Positions 50,901 to 64,000 of a stretch of 64,000 nucleotides of DNA are shown here, in pieces. The notes below the pieces were generated by a model. The model did no database searches, had not been told where the DNA came from, and saw only the letters and a program-made list of their open reading frames with translations. The number at the start of each line of letters is the position of its first letter. Positions within the stretch are counted from its first letter, which is position 1. Source of the DNA: Veleropilina oligotropha (lineage: Eukaryota); assembly GCA_048128005.1 (NCBI GenBank), contig JBEUKZ010000002.1, positions 186,001-250,000 on the forward strand. The letters run 5' to 3'. The position numbers and the translations under genes are program-made.

Positions 50901-53900
50901 ACTTTCCCTTTTTCGACATAAATATTTAGTTTCCGTCAATTATCTTCATAACCTCGCATCAGATATTGTTCGCATCTTGTGACTGTGTTGCAAATAAAAT
51001 ACAGGGGTCATGTTACATTTGGCTAAAATTCGCCAAGTATGTGCACAGTTATTCCCCTTGAGAAAGTTTAAAACTATTTTAGTTCTGTTTCAGGAAGCTT
51101 CTCTGCGATAGTAATCAACCGAGTTGGAAGTCGGTGGACGCTGGTAATCGCCACCTTGCTATCGACGTTTGGATTGTCCATCTCTTTTCTTGCTACTGGA
51201 GTCGAGTTTTTGTTTATAAGCTATGGCATTATTTTAGGTAAGTATTAATCATGACTATTTCACTGTTTATCCATCTTACAATTTGCATGGTATGTGGAAG
51301 TTGCTCTCACTGAAAAGGTACATAGTCTTGTCGGTGTGTGTGCGTGCGTGCATAGTCTTGTCGGTGTGTGTGTATTTGAGCACCTAAACTAAAGTCCGTT
51401 CTCACCGGTCCGTTACGTATGCGTTGCTGAAAATCTAAATTAACTGCAACCAGAAATTAAACCCATATGATTAAACCAACACAATCGGTAACTGACTTTA
51501 CGTAACGTATAATCCATTGCATCACAGAGACTCGTCAATAATATGTTCAATATGCAGAAAAGCAGGTAATGTGCTAAACATTACTAACATCTAAAACTTA
51601 AAAAAATGAAATCTCTCTCCCTCCCCTCTTCCCCTCCCCTCTCCCCCCCCCCTCTTCTCCCCTCCCACCCCCCCCCTTCCTCCCCTCCCCTCCTCTCCAC
51701 CTCTCATTCCATGGATCTAGTACACGATTTACGTATCCAGCACATACGTACGTACGCTTAACTGCATGTGAGTTGCGTTATTGGCTCATGTACTTTTACA
51801 TGTATATAGTTCGGGGAGAGAGCTTCGGTATTTCATCTTATGTGTCATGTACAATAAAACTGCTAAGCATAATACAATAATTCCGATATGACGGAGCCAA
51901 ATATCTTAGTTCGATCTCCATGTACACAATGCATGGTTCGCATATACTGTACGTCATATCCCCTACTCACAGTATCGACAGTCAGTGCCCATATAGTCGC
52001 TAAACCATGAGCCCCGACTACAATACGACATAAACATGGTGCATCAATTATAAATATGTATTTAATTCATCTGATCGTTTTTAGGTTTGGGATGTGGTTT
52101 GGTCAACGTTACTTCGATGGTCGCCGTGAAGGAATATTTTGGCGATAATGCTAAACTGGCGATGTCCGTCGTGTCCATAGGATCTGGACTTGGGATAGTG
52201 ACGTTTCAGCAGATCAGTGCTGTGGCAATAGATGCCTTCGGGTGGAGAGGGACAATGCTAATATTGGCTGGGATGGTGATTAATGTGATGATTCCTGCTG
52301 TCACTATGCCATCGATTCCGAAGAAACAGACATCACAGACGCATGATACTAGAAGCATGTGCAGAATTCCTCCAATTCTAACATATGTGTCATTCGACTT
52401 ATGGCTTATCTACGTCTTCGCGATCGCCATATGCATCCCCATGATGGCCGTTATATTCCCAGACTATGCAGCCCTTAGAGGGTTCTCCAGTGACGAAGCA
52501 GCAACATTCCTCTCTCTAAACGCCATCATGGGATTTCCTGGCCGTGTAATACTAACACTTTTGATGACATTTTGTAATTTCATACCAACTTCAGTTTTCA
52601 TTTTTCTGACTGGTTTAGTTATCGCAGTGCCCTTGATGATATTGTCTTACACGGACGCCGCCGCGGTCATATTGTCATTAGCATTGATTTCTGGCGCTGG
52701 ATTTGGATTCTGGATAATTCTACTGTGGACTGGAACATTGGACATATCGGGAGGCGAGTTATATGCCTCTGCTCAAGGTTTCGTGACGTTCACGTATGGT
52801 GTTGGGATATTTCTAGCCGGACCCTTCGCAGGTATACATACCCTCTTAACACATTATATGTACGCTAATCATAAGATATTACTGCATGTCCCATATCGTC
52901 TATGTCGCGATCTTCAACAAAGGATGCGATGCATCATCATTGCATGGTATAACCAACTGTCTTCCACCAGGATGATGCATGATCAAATCATATTAAAAGT
53001 AATAAAAATGATCGCTTAAAACAGTTACTTGCTTTTAGAAGGAAGACGCTAAAACGAGATTTTGATTACCAACACGACATGTTTCTGTTATAATGTGGTC
53101 AAAACAATAAACTGATATTCAACTCAATCCTTAGATTAAAAGTAGTCAATTAGTGACATGAACAAGAACACTTAACCGTCGAAGAGGTCTTCGAAACGAA
53201 ACCCTCATATTGAATAATAACAAATATGTAATACTCTTGTGTTGCATGCTGAAATATACATATTTGTGAACAGTGAAATAAATGAACGATGAGCATTGAG
53301 CATGGTGTTCGCAGTCATTCTTGCTGACGTACGTTTATGCATGTGCTCGATGCTATTAATACCTTACTACTAATATCTCGGGCACTGCCATTAGCACATC
53401 ACGTGATGACGATTAAGTATAGGTTATATCACAAGGTTTGGTTGTCTAATCGGAGAAGCCTGCAGTTAAACCACGAGGCGCGATGCGCCGAGTTGTTTAA
53501 CCATACAGACTTCTCCGATTAGACAACAGACACTGAGTGATATAACCCTTTTTAACCATTGAAAACATGTAAACAAATTTAAAATATGTGATTTTAATAA
53601 ACTAATAATGTCATCTAGTGTAAGAAAGTAGTCGCCATTGGTCTAACTGACAATATGGTTAGTTAAACCACGGATCAAGACAATAGAATAACGTCACAAC
53701 AATGGTTTAACTGTATTTATTTGGCTTGTAAGTAACATGGTTTGGGTTTTCGACCACCAAATGGCTTTTGGTACTCCCTGTATCAGAAAATTGCGCGACA
53801 TTTAAAAGCAAATATGTTTGTGACGTACTGTATGTTAATTATACTCTAACTTTTCAGAGATTATAGGGCTCACTCTCCAGAGGAATTACCCTTGCCATTA

Positions 53901-54380
53901 TAGGTCACGAATAACACCCGAAATATCTTGGCGACGGATTTCCATTTGAACTAAGCGTAGTGAGATCGAAAATGACAGAGTTGTATGTGTAGTGAAATCA
54001 CGTTTCTGAGCAGGAGAATGGTTCTGCGTAGTTGTGTCGAACATCTATAGATGAAATTAACATTGTATTATTATCCACTTGATATTTTCTAAATATTAAG
54101 ACATAATGAAAGTACGAGGTGGATATTTCGCTTTTCAAGGCAAATAAATTTCGCGTCGATTGATGCTGATACCACGTGATTCGAAAGTTCCTTTCGTTTT
54201 AGCGAAATTATGACAACTCTTTGCAATTTAATTTCAGGTTTCGTCTTGGAGCTGACCGGGACGTATGATGTTGCCTACCAAGCCACGGCTGGTAGTCTTA
54301 TTGGGGCTTCTACGCTTTACCTGTTGGTACCAGTCATAAAATACTTCAAACAACGCAGATCTGGATATGAAAGACTCTGA
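47975..54380 (+). CDS. SLC16/monocarboxylate-transporter-like MFS transporter; exons 47975-48108, 49827-50023, 51094-51237, 52085-52831, 54238-54380; 454 aa
   Basis: All introns are GT-AG with matching phases (1365 nt, open). Multiple TM segments. SLC16-like motifs INRVGSRWT, ISYGIILGLGCGL, VKEYF, GSGLG, FGWRGTMLILAG, AGPFAGFVLELTGTY. Confidence 0.88.
48330..49500 (-). pseudogene. Degenerate Academ-like transposase fragment in intron 1 of the transporter
   Basis: LSHTLELISWALATVDG..RKQDKSKMIHHLE and RISINTNDIVVVI resemble the XPG-like region; heavily disrupted. Confidence 0.5.
50524..51060 (+). mobile_element. HINE-like element in intron 2; related inverted element at 54481-57430
   Basis: Hairpin atcccatcggttttgaaaaaacgatgggat plus gtcc/gtct microsatellite; reverse complement at 57100-57430. 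Confidence 0.7.
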
Positions 54381-54864
54381 TTGGACAAATACAAAAAAAA
54401 ACCATCCAATCAATGGTGGACATTGAACAAGTTCCGCTATTGTCGTAGACATTGAGTAACAAGAAGTTTGGGAACCACACATTATCCCATCGGCTTAGTC
54501 GTAATTGATGGAGTGTAAATTTTTAAGTTGATAAAGGGGAATAACTGCGCAAAAGCTGTTCAAACTTCTAGCAAAATGTAACTTGCCCCTTGTGCTTTAT
54601 TGTAAACAAAGTCACAAGATTTGAACAATATCTGATGCCAGGTTCTGAAGATACTTGACGGAAACTAAATATTTATGTCGAAAAAGGGAGACAACTGTGG
54701 AAATATTTGTCGAAGTTCTGCCGAAATCGTATTGACCTCAGAGCTATTCTTTGGAAATGGAGTTATAAGATTTGAACGACATCCGATGCGCGGTCATGAA
54801 GATAATTGATGTAAACAAATTGGTTTTGTCGAAAAGGGGGCATAACTGTGGTAATATTTGTCGG

Positions 54865-55817
54865 AACTAGAGCTATCACAGGAGTGATAATATACCCCCA
54901 CGAAAGCGTTTGACCTAGGAAGAGGCTGTTGCATACACACATGAAGTTCCATGTGCCTCAGTCAAATAGTATGGGAGATATGGAGCGGAGGGGAATTTTA
55001 GACTGAATGTGGCCAAGTGTGAAAAGTAGGTCGCGGTGACCTACTTTTGGTACGCGACACACCTTTGCGTTATGACGCATAAATACATCAAGTTTCGTAT
55101 CCCTTGGTCAAATAGTATGGAAGATATGGATCGGAATGGAATTTTGGCTAAGCCCAGTCAAGCATGAAAAGTAGGTCGCAGTGACCTACTTTCGGTACGC
55201 GACATACAGTACCATTCAGTTACAACGCATACACGTATGAAGTTTCATGTCCCTCGGTCAAATAGTATGAAAGATATGGAGCAGATGGAAATTTTGATTA
55301 AGTGCAGTCAAGCATGAAAAGTAGGTCATGGTGACCTACTTTCGGTACGCGACACACTTTTGGGTCATGACGCATGCACACATCAAGTTTCGTGTCCCTC
55401 GGTCAAATATTATGGAAGATAAGGAGCAGAAGGGAATTTTGGCTAAGCCCAGTCAAGCATGAAAAGTAGGTCGCAGTGACCTACTTTCGGTATGCGACAT
55501 ACAGTACCATTCAGTTACGACGCATACACGTATGAAGTTTCATGTCCCTCGGTCAAATAGTATGGAAGATATGGAGCAGATGGAAATTTTGATTAAGTGC
55601 AGTCAAACATGAAAAGTAGATCATGGTGACCTACTTTCGGTACGACACACCTTTGGGTTATGACGCATGCACACATCACGTTTCGTGTCCCTCGATCAAA
55701 TAGCGTCCGATATATGGAGCGGACGGTACTTTGCAACAAACCTACCGACAGACAGACAAACAAGGTGACTCCTATATGCCCCCCCCCCCCCTAAACTTCG
55801 TTTGTGGGGTATAATAA
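54865..55817. mobile_element. HINE-like element with ~150-bp tandem array showing a dimeric (~298 bp) pattern
   Basis: Start aactagagctatcacaggagtgata, modules gaaaagtaggtc..gtgacctactttcggtacg, (caga)n, end hairpin ccccctaaacttcgtttgtgggg. Confidence 0.75.
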
Positions 55818-56021
55818 TACCAAATTATATAGGCATCTATTTTATGGCCCAAGATACCTGCATACCAAATTTGGACTCCACAGTCATCACCGTTTTTGGC
55901 GATATCCTGTTCACGTCATCAGAAACGAAATTTGTATGTTGAAATGGGGGATAACTGTGCAAATATTTGTTGGAATAATATCAAATTCCATTGGAACCTC
56001 AACTGTGAACCCCCTAGCCAT

Positions 56022-56532
56022 TTAACGTTATCTTGGGGCGGCGAGTTTGAGAAGTACGTTTATCCTGTGAAATATGAAAATATCACACGAGACGAAGTCG
56101 AGTGTGATATTTTCATAGCGAATAGGATACACGTACGTATCAAAAGAGACGGAACAGGATAACATTTTAATTTTCATTTTCTTTTAAAAAACCCTTACTT
56201 TATATGCCTGTCAATGCTAAGCAATGACTGAGCAATGAACACCGTCATGTTAAATTGTACATTACGGTTTATTCCAAGCGCAAAATAACATAGATATTTG
56301 AAGAGCTGAGGAATAGTTTAGTCATATGCAATTTATACATTCATGTATATGATTGAATCTCACATAAATACTTCAAAACACTTGATTATCTCCCGCAGAA
56401 GCGAATGACGTCTAGCAGACGAAGTTAGTTTGATACGAAAACGTCGAGTTTGAGACGGGTATTTGCCAACCTCCACGTGACGTCATTTTGACCAATCAGA
56501 CGTTGCGGATTTCGCGAATTGAAAATAATATT
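56022..56532 (+). mobile_element. Hairpin repeat family A, full copy
   Basis: Starts ttaacgttatc; hairpin aatatcacacgagacgaagtcgagtgtgatatt; inverted copy at 57590-58086. Confidence 0.7.
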
Positions 56533-56691
56533 TACGGTATTCCCGATATCTTGTTCACGTCGTCAGAAACGACGGAATTTTGTCGAAAAAGGGAGATAAC
56601 TGTGCAGATAATTGTCGGAATAACATCAAATTCAATAGGAACCTAGTTTATGTCCCTACCTATGACGGTTTTCTTGATATTATGTTCACGT

Positions 56692-57027
56692 CATGTGCCG
56701 TCGTGGCTCAATGGGTTGTTCACAGGACTCTGGTCACAGAGTCTCACGTTCGCCCCAAAGCTCGGCGATTTCACTCAGGCAAGGAAATAAGCATATACAG
56801 TATTTGCCTCGGTCCACCCAGCCGATCTGAATGGGTACCTGGTTGGCAGTTATGTACGTCGTGGCGCTTCCTGCGTGTAAATGACTGTTATGATCCCAGA
56901 GGGAGTTGACAAGGCATATAGAGTGGAACAGGCCCATAACCATGGATAATAATAATGTTCAGCGCATTGAGCCTTGTGCGTATGAATGAGCTATATAAGA
57001 CCGTTACATTATCATTATTATCATTAT
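56692..57027 (+). mobile_element. tRNA-derived SINE, copy of 11641-11962
   Basis: High similarity along the whole length; (cattat)n tail. Confidence 0.8.
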
Positions 57028-57589
57028 ACAGGACGGGATATTTTCTACGAAAAGCGAGGGTAACTGTGTAAACATTTGTCGGAATAACCTAAAATTCAGT
57101 AGCTACCTAGTGTATGTCTCAATGAACCTGCATACCAAATTTGAGGTCCCTACCTATGACGGTTTTCCTGATATCCTTTTCACGTCGTCTATGCAGAAGG
57201 ACGGGACATTTTTGTCGAAAAGAGAGGATATATAAATATAAATATTCGGCGGAATACTCTTAAATTCAATAGCAACCTAGTTTGTCCCGATTAACCTGCA
57301 TACCAAATTTTAACTCCCAAGCTATTACGGTTTTCCTAATATCCTTTTCACGTCGTCTATTTGGACAGACGGAAGAACGGACTACGTGACGACATAATCC
57401 CACGGTTTTATAAAACCGATGGGATAATTATACTACTTATGATCATATTTATGTTATATTTACTTAATATTATGGCTCGCTAAATTTAATGTAATGTAAA
57501 ATACTAATAATCTTATTTATTTACAATCATACTTATCAAGACTCAAATTGGATTTTATCTATTCTTAGTTTATCACCATATAGGGTGTT

Positions 57590-58086
57590 CTTTTTATTTC
57601 GCGAAATCCGCGACGTCTGATTGGTCAAAAAGACCTAACGTGGAGTCTAACAAATACTCATGTCAAACTCGATGTTTTCGTATCAAACAACACGTCGTTT
57701 GCTAGACTTCATTCTCTTCTGTGGGAGATAATCAAGTGTTTTCAAGTATCTCTATGAGATTCAATCATAAACACGAATGTATGACTAAACTATTCCTCAG
57801 CTTTTCAAATATCCAGGTTATTTTTCCCTTAGAATAACCCGTAAGGTGCAATTTAACATGACGCTTTTCATTACTTAGTCATTGTTTAGCATTGACAGGC
57901 ATATAATGTTAGATATTTTTAAAAATAAAATGAAAATAAAAATGTTACCCTGCTGCTTTTCGATTGATACGTACGTTTATCCTGTTCGCTATGACAATAT
58001 CACACTCGATTTCGTTTCGTGTGATATTTTCAAAGGTCACATGATAAACGTACGTATCAAACCCGCCGCGCCAGGATAACGTTAAA
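57590..58086 (-). mobile_element. Hairpin repeat family A, inverted copy
   Basis: Reverse complement of 56022-56532. Confidence 0.7.
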
Positions 58087-58769
58087 CATCAAGACATGTC
58101 CTGATTATGGCGAAGCCGCATATTCGAACTCGGTTATTTCAATCAGTACTCGTGAATGAAAACATCATGCTTAACCCACTAGACCACCGGTTTGGTATCC
58201 AAAACCGCAATAAACGAATATTCAAATATAACCTTTGATAAATAATCCTGTTAATTATTAGAGAGTAATAATATATGCATTATTTTGGCGTTAAAAACCT
58301 AAAAAGAACATGTAATACGGCAATAATCGAATTTCATCAGTTTTGAATATGGCTTCGGATCGACGCTGCATGTCCTGTATATTTACAACCATGACATGTA
58401 TATATTATCGCTGGAAGAAAGGCCGGTCGCCCGGGGAATCCCACCCTCTCCGACCAGGTCCGGTCAACTGTGATTCATAACTAAACAATTAATGCCAATG
58501 TCTCAACCGAGATTCTAGCCCACTACTGTTCGTGTCTGCGGAATCAAGCCAGTGTATTCATAATTAAATAAGAACTTTGTTAAGTACGTACGTATTGATT
58601 AAGAATATGTTTGTTGGACACCAATTAAGGTGCATCAATTGAATCGAACGAACTTGTCACGTGATTACTAATTCCCCAACGGTGAAACATCTTCTGATAT
58701 AACATATACATAACTATCGTTTAAACGCACCTTTCGTCATGCATGTTCTTCTTGCATATCTTGTCATTG

Positions 58770-59105
58770 CATAACGACATACATATCACGCATGCGGCAT
58801 TATGTGGGGTATATTAGTGACATCGGAAGACCGAAGATAACGACATACATATCACGCATGCGGCATTATGTGGGGTATATTAGTGACATTGGAAGACCGC
58901 GAGATAACGACATACATGTCACGCAGGCGGCATTATGTGAGGTATATTAGTGACATCGGAAGACCGCGAGATATCGACATACATATCACGCAGGCGGCAT
59001 TATGTGGGGTATATTAGTGACATCTGAAGACCACGAGATAACACCATACATATCACGCAGGCGACATTATGTGGGGGATATTAGTGACATTTGGAGATCG
59101 CGAGG
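58770..59105. repeat. 66-67 bp tandem repeat, 5 copies
   Basis: Unit ataacgacatacatatcacgcatgcggcattatgtggggtatattagtgacatcggaagaccg. Confidence 0.95.
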
Positions 59106-59271
59106 CCATAGGTAATTTTACACCTAAAGATTGATTTGATTTTAGGTAAGTCGATCCTTAATTTCCTGTTTAACAGCATTCAGGTTCATACTATGTCTAT
59201 AATAGTAGTACAGACCTGCCTTGGATGGCATTTTAGGGTTTAACCCCATATTTTGGGGGGTTTAGTATATA

Positions 59272-60070
59272 TATATAGGGATTGAACTGCGTTTTGGTTG
59301 CATTTATGCTGGTATGAATGCAACCAGTAATTACATCTTCTAACAGACTATGGTGCGCGCTAGTGCTCCATCTAGACTATGTAGTTGCTGGTTGCATTCA
59401 TACCAGCATAAATGAAAACAGAATGCAGTTCAATCCTTATATTTACATTAGTATTTAACCGCAATCCCGTAAATATAAACATAATATTTTAGTTTGTTAT
59501 GACAGAGTAATTGTTGTATATGGTCAGGTAACGTCCAATTAACGGAACAGCCTTTCCATCGTGCAAAAAATAGATCATGTATGGATTTCAGACCGTGGTA
59601 AAATTAATGAACAATGTTGTTAAATTCACCTCATCAATTTATTTAATATTAAATGTATACCGGTAATGTAAATTTTACATTAGAGACAAAACTTTACATG
59701 TATAACAATTATATTATAACAAGAAGCATAGTGCGATATTACTATGCCTAGCCTCTTTTCTCTATTGCATTCATAGTAGTATGAATGCAATCAAATTGTA
59801 GTGAGCTAAATAGCGAACGATGTAAATATATAGGGATTGAACTGCAGTTTGATGGCATTTATGGTTGTATAAATGACACCCGCCATTCCATCTTCTATGG
59901 GAGCGCGCCAGCGCTCTCATAGAGAAGATGGAATGGCGGGTGTCATTTATACAACCATAAATGCCATCAAACTGCAGTTCAATCCTTATATTTACATCAG
60001 CATTTAACCAGAATCCCGTAAAAATAAACGTAATATTTACTTTCTTTGAACAGCCTTTCCATCGTGAAAA
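59272..60070. mobile_element. Two ~175-bp palindromes of one family (59272-59448, 59820-59997), each followed by a related tail
   Basis: Shared outer arms atagggattgaactgc...gcagttcaatccttatatttacat and tail tttaacc..aatcccgtaaa...aacagcctttccatcgtg. Confidence 0.8.
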
Positions 60071-61332
60071 TCTACGAACGTATGACCTCGAAATGTGAAC
60101 GGAAGGAGCACGCGCGGCTACCATGTCTGGTCCATTTTAACGTCATGGGGGTGTCAGCTATTATAACTACTATATGCATGTAGACTAAATCTAATGAGCT
60201 GTATTAAAATAAAGTATTTGACATGTTAAGAAAGGTACTATTATATTATTTTTGATGTCCTTAATACATGTTACTACAGTGCTGTACCGTATATATAGTT
60301 ACGTAATTAAATTAGATCCTGCCCACACCCCCGTGACGTGTGCTGGACCATTCAAATGTAAACAATTGTCAACATTACTATTTCACGTCACATCCGGCAC
60401 CATAGCACTATGAATGCCATTGGAGTGGCATTCATAGTGCTATGAATGCCATCAGAGTCTAGTGACGATGATAGCGAGCGTGGTAAATATAACCCCATAA
60501 AAATCATATTTTCTGATATAAATAGTAATTTTTCTCTATTCTAAAATCATCATATATCATACTATATACATCATATTCCAACTGTTTGACATTACAATAT
60601 ATATATAATATTTAATAATGACGCCGAAATGATTATATATAAATAACGCGCTGGATTTTAATGTACTTCAAACATATGCCTTTATAAGAGATGGTCCTAA
60701 TATCTTATGAAGATGGCGTTGGAGCCTTGCATTGACGCATATACTATTCAGAAACCTGATTGAGAGAGATATGCTGATAAATTTATCATTGTGAATACAT
60801 GTGGTAGCTTAGATAGGGTAAATGCATTGCACTACATATGAACACCCCTTTTCAACCCATCCCCCATTTCCTCCCCCCATTCCCCCCAGTTTCCCCCCCG
60901 CCATTTCTCGCCCCTCCCCCCTATTTCTCGCGCCCCATTTCTTCCCCCACATCCTCTCCCACTTTATCCCCCTTTACTCGCCCCCTTTTCAACCCCACCC
61001 ACTCCAAACTTTAACCCCCCCCACACACACACTGTACCCCCCCCCCCCACAACTCCCCCTAATTATTCTACTGACACGAACAGTAGTTGGGACATGAAAA
61101 TATTTGTTCAAGTTATGAATAACAGATATCCGTAGCATGGATATAAAAAACATGAAGTTTCATTAGAAAAATCAACTTCTCGGTTTTTATTAAATTTACA
61201 ATTTTGGACTTAGAAAAATCCACTTCGGTGACAAGTTTTGACTTCATATGTGTGTATCTCCGAAAATGTTTGATAACTTTTTTCTTTTTAGAATATATTG
61301 TTTATGGTCCTAAAGGATGATATTGTAGGTAT

Positions 61333-61411
61333 TTTTATGTCTTGACCTTTTTGTAAAAAAGGACGAGACATTATCAAATGGTCCGTGTGTATATACATAT
61401 ATACTTATATA

Positions 61412-61449
<38 letters not shown>

Positions 61450-61797
61450 CTGATTTTCTTGAAAACTACTGAACCAATTACCCTGAAAATTGTCATACGC
61501 ATTCCCAAGGTAATTTGTAGGTCGTGTATATTACTTTCATTACAAAATTTCTTAAAATATCGTTTTTATAGGCATTTTTATGCATAATTGCCATGGTAAC
61601 TTGGCCTAAGCCAAGTTATGACGTCTATGACGTCATTTTAGTGTGACTAAATTTTCTGTCAGAAAATCATGAGTTGGAAGTAAATACATCGTATGAATAT
61701 GTTAGATTGTATAAGAACCTTGAACGTACACTAATATACAACAGACGGTCCATGCAGACAAAGGTCAAGACATAATCCGAACGCGTCGTTCTTGTTT
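61333..61797. mobile_element. Inverted copy of the (TA)n HINE-like element at 7456-7915
   Basis: Same terminal hairpin and the end motif cgaacgcgtcgttcttgtt. Confidence 0.7.
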
Positions 61798-61809
61798 ACT
61801 TATAATACA

Positions 61810-64000
61810 GTACCTGGCTAGCAGACCCTTTTGGAAAATGGTGTTGGGGGGGGGGGGAGATTTATCACTTGATATTGCTTAATGGGTCTCTGGACATGAA
61901 AAATCACCGAGGTGCTTTTCTGACATCGTGCCACGAAAGCCACTATGGCCAAATCAACGATGGCTGCCACTGGCCATAATACAAAAAAGTATTTTTTTTT
62001 TTGGAGGAGATACACATGTAATACGTCTAATCCGACTAAATTGATGGCGAGGAATTCATTTCTGGTGTTGTTTTGACCACCTGGTCTCATCTTGACCTTC
62101 AAAAGTCAAGGCCATGGTGATTTTCATACACCACGTGCGTGGCCATGAAATGGTCAATTCTAGTGACATAAATAGATGCAATATCTCAAATTCAACCACT
62201 TCTGACACATTGAAATAATGTCTGATATTATATTATAGGTAGAGAGTCATAATTACCCTGGTAAATAAGGTTTAATGTCATTTTGATTGAAACTGTATAC
62301 AAATATATTTTCAACTATCCAAGCAGCGCATGTCCATATTATCGCGGGATGAAAGCCCGGTCGCCATCTTTAGTAGTAGTAATGCAAATGTGTCTGTATC
62401 ATTGGATATTACAATAACTTTCACATGAACATAAACAGCCCACTTCACATGCACCACTGTCAGCCTCTTCAATCCAGTTCAACTAGTCGGGGACTTCTTC
62501 ACCACAAGTCACTTTTGCTGGAACCTCATCAGAGACAATAGAGCTGACGACGATGGTTACATTGTTGTAGGCTCGATGTGACACAATATCTCGCGCTAGC
62601 AGCTGAGACGCCCAGAATTTTTCAATTTGCTGAGGGATGGGTGTACCTCTGCTCATACCAATGATGTCAATGCCTGTTGTTGGATTAATACGCCGCATAC
62701 ACTCCAATTCCTTGAAAGACATCTCAATGTAGGAGTCAAGTGCGTGATGGATAAACTGACTCTTGGGACAGGCTGATGTAATGATGGCGTCTATGACAGT
62801 GCTCATATTAGTAAATGGCGCCAGTGGCATCTGCCGCATCTTGGACATGAAGTCTACCATAACATGAGTGATAAAAGTAGACTTGTGACTCCATTGGGCG
62901 AGATCCAGTTGAGATTCATTCTCCCCAACCAATAATGACTTTTTGGCGCGAGAAAGAAGGTCACCATATAACAGTGAAGATGTTGTCAGCACACCGTGTG
63001 AAAGAATATTCCCGACGTCCACCCCCTCTCCTTAGCAATGTCCATGATCCTCTGTGCCTCTGCCATGTCCTTGGCGGAAAGATCCCTCTTCTCCTTCAAA
63101 ATAGTTGCCGGTGTCTTCTGTGTTTAGTCTGTAAAACAAGGCAGCTTGCATTTCGATAAAGTCGCATTGATTTTCTTGCTTTTCTGTATTAATCTTTCTT
63201 GTCTGTATGAGTGGTAGATACGCTCACCATTCACGATACACTTGAGCAGACGCACAGCTACCACTCTGTGAACAGCCTGCTTTGTGAGCAGGTTTTGTGC
63301 AGTGACACATGCACATTGACCACACAGTCCAGCAGTTTTGCAACATTCTTGTTGAATGTGAGACGACGGGTTGTGCTCAGTGCAAGCTGAAGATGGCATT
63401 CTGTGTGGTTCATTGGATGATTGGTGATGAGTAAATTGAGGACATTGGTGATTGTTCAGATTTCATGGTACAAGAGTTCGAACTCGGCCCCAGAACTGTG
63501 CGGCTCCTACCTTGTAGTGACCTCCATGGCCACTTTACACTCGCTGGATGGACTTTCATATCACCTCCCACAGCACATAAGCAGCCTGGACGATCACGAA
63601 CAACCCACTATCCATTTGAGAAGCGGATGTAAAGCTCAGGATTTGTGAACTCCAAAACCATGATTTGTTCAAGATACCATGATCCAAGACGAAGGTAGTT
63701 GATGCAGTCACGTGCTGCAAATATCGGCATGGAACGTTCGACTGTAGCACAAATAGATTGCAGTTCCTTTTCTGTCAGAAACCACAGCATTATTAATGAC
63801 AGTGACCAAATGCAGCCAAACTCCAAATAATTTGTAGAGCTCAGATTTGACCTGGTGCAACTTTTCAATCTGTCCAATTATGGCATCAAACAGCTCTGGA
63901 CAACTTATACTAAACACTTCTCAGGACATCAGATATAGTAAGCGAATAATCGTTATTTTGTGTAAGGGAATTTTGCTCAGATAACATAAAAATGCTTCTT
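61810..64000 (-). mobile_element. Degenerate Academ-type transposon running off the window end
   Basis: Frameshifted fragments PIFAARDCINYLRLGSWYLEQ, GERIYHSYRQERL, VMVDFMSKMRQMP, LDSYIEMSFKELEC; TIR-like non-coding end at ~61810-62300. Confidence 0.6.

Larger units (their letters stand above)
54481..57430 (-). mobile_element. HINE-like element with three nested insertions (54865-55817, 56022-56532, 56692-57027)
   Basis: Modules gtcgaaaaagggagataactgtg resume after each insert; terminal hairpin ataatcccacggtttta..aaaccgatgggataat. Confidence 0.65.

Noticed and set aside
52832..53019. C-terminal extension of the 310-aa MFS ORF
   Set aside because: Intronic read-through past the GT donor at 52832; the last TM is encoded at 54238-54380.
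58770..59105. 66-bp periodicity resembling CRISPR repeat-spacer units
   Set aside because: The whole unit is conserved, so there are no variable spacers.
60822..61097. Proline-rich ORF
   Set aside because: C-rich low-complexity tract.

Overview
This is AT-rich, intron-containing eukaryotic DNA. The repeat content looks like a marine invertebrate, probably lophotrochozoan, but that is an inference and the species cannot be identified. Most of the window is nested transposable elements. One host gene is supported: a 5-exon SLC16/MCT-like MFS transporter (47975-54380, +, 454 aa by my splice model). The most striking element is an apparently intact autonomous PIF/Harbinger transposon (25828-29765). 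Its DDE transposase gene (+) and MADF/BESS-like gene (-) are mutually interleaved, each gene's last exon lying inside the other's last intron. It sits in one arm of a ~1 kb inverted repeat, which lies between the gag start and the upstream LTR of a degenerate Ty3/Gypsy element whose gag is also split by an Academ-type DNA transposon. Also present: two more Academ-type remnants, TAG-ended non-autonomous elements with 9-bp TSDs (one a 655-bp palindrome), a Helitron with an identifiable empty site, many Helentron/HINE-like elements carrying tandem arrays, CR1 and RTE LINE fragments, tRNA-derived SINEs and hairpin repeat families. There are no prokaryotic features such as CRISPR arrays or operons. 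All coordinates and identities were read by eye, and family names are motif-based, not database-confirmed.
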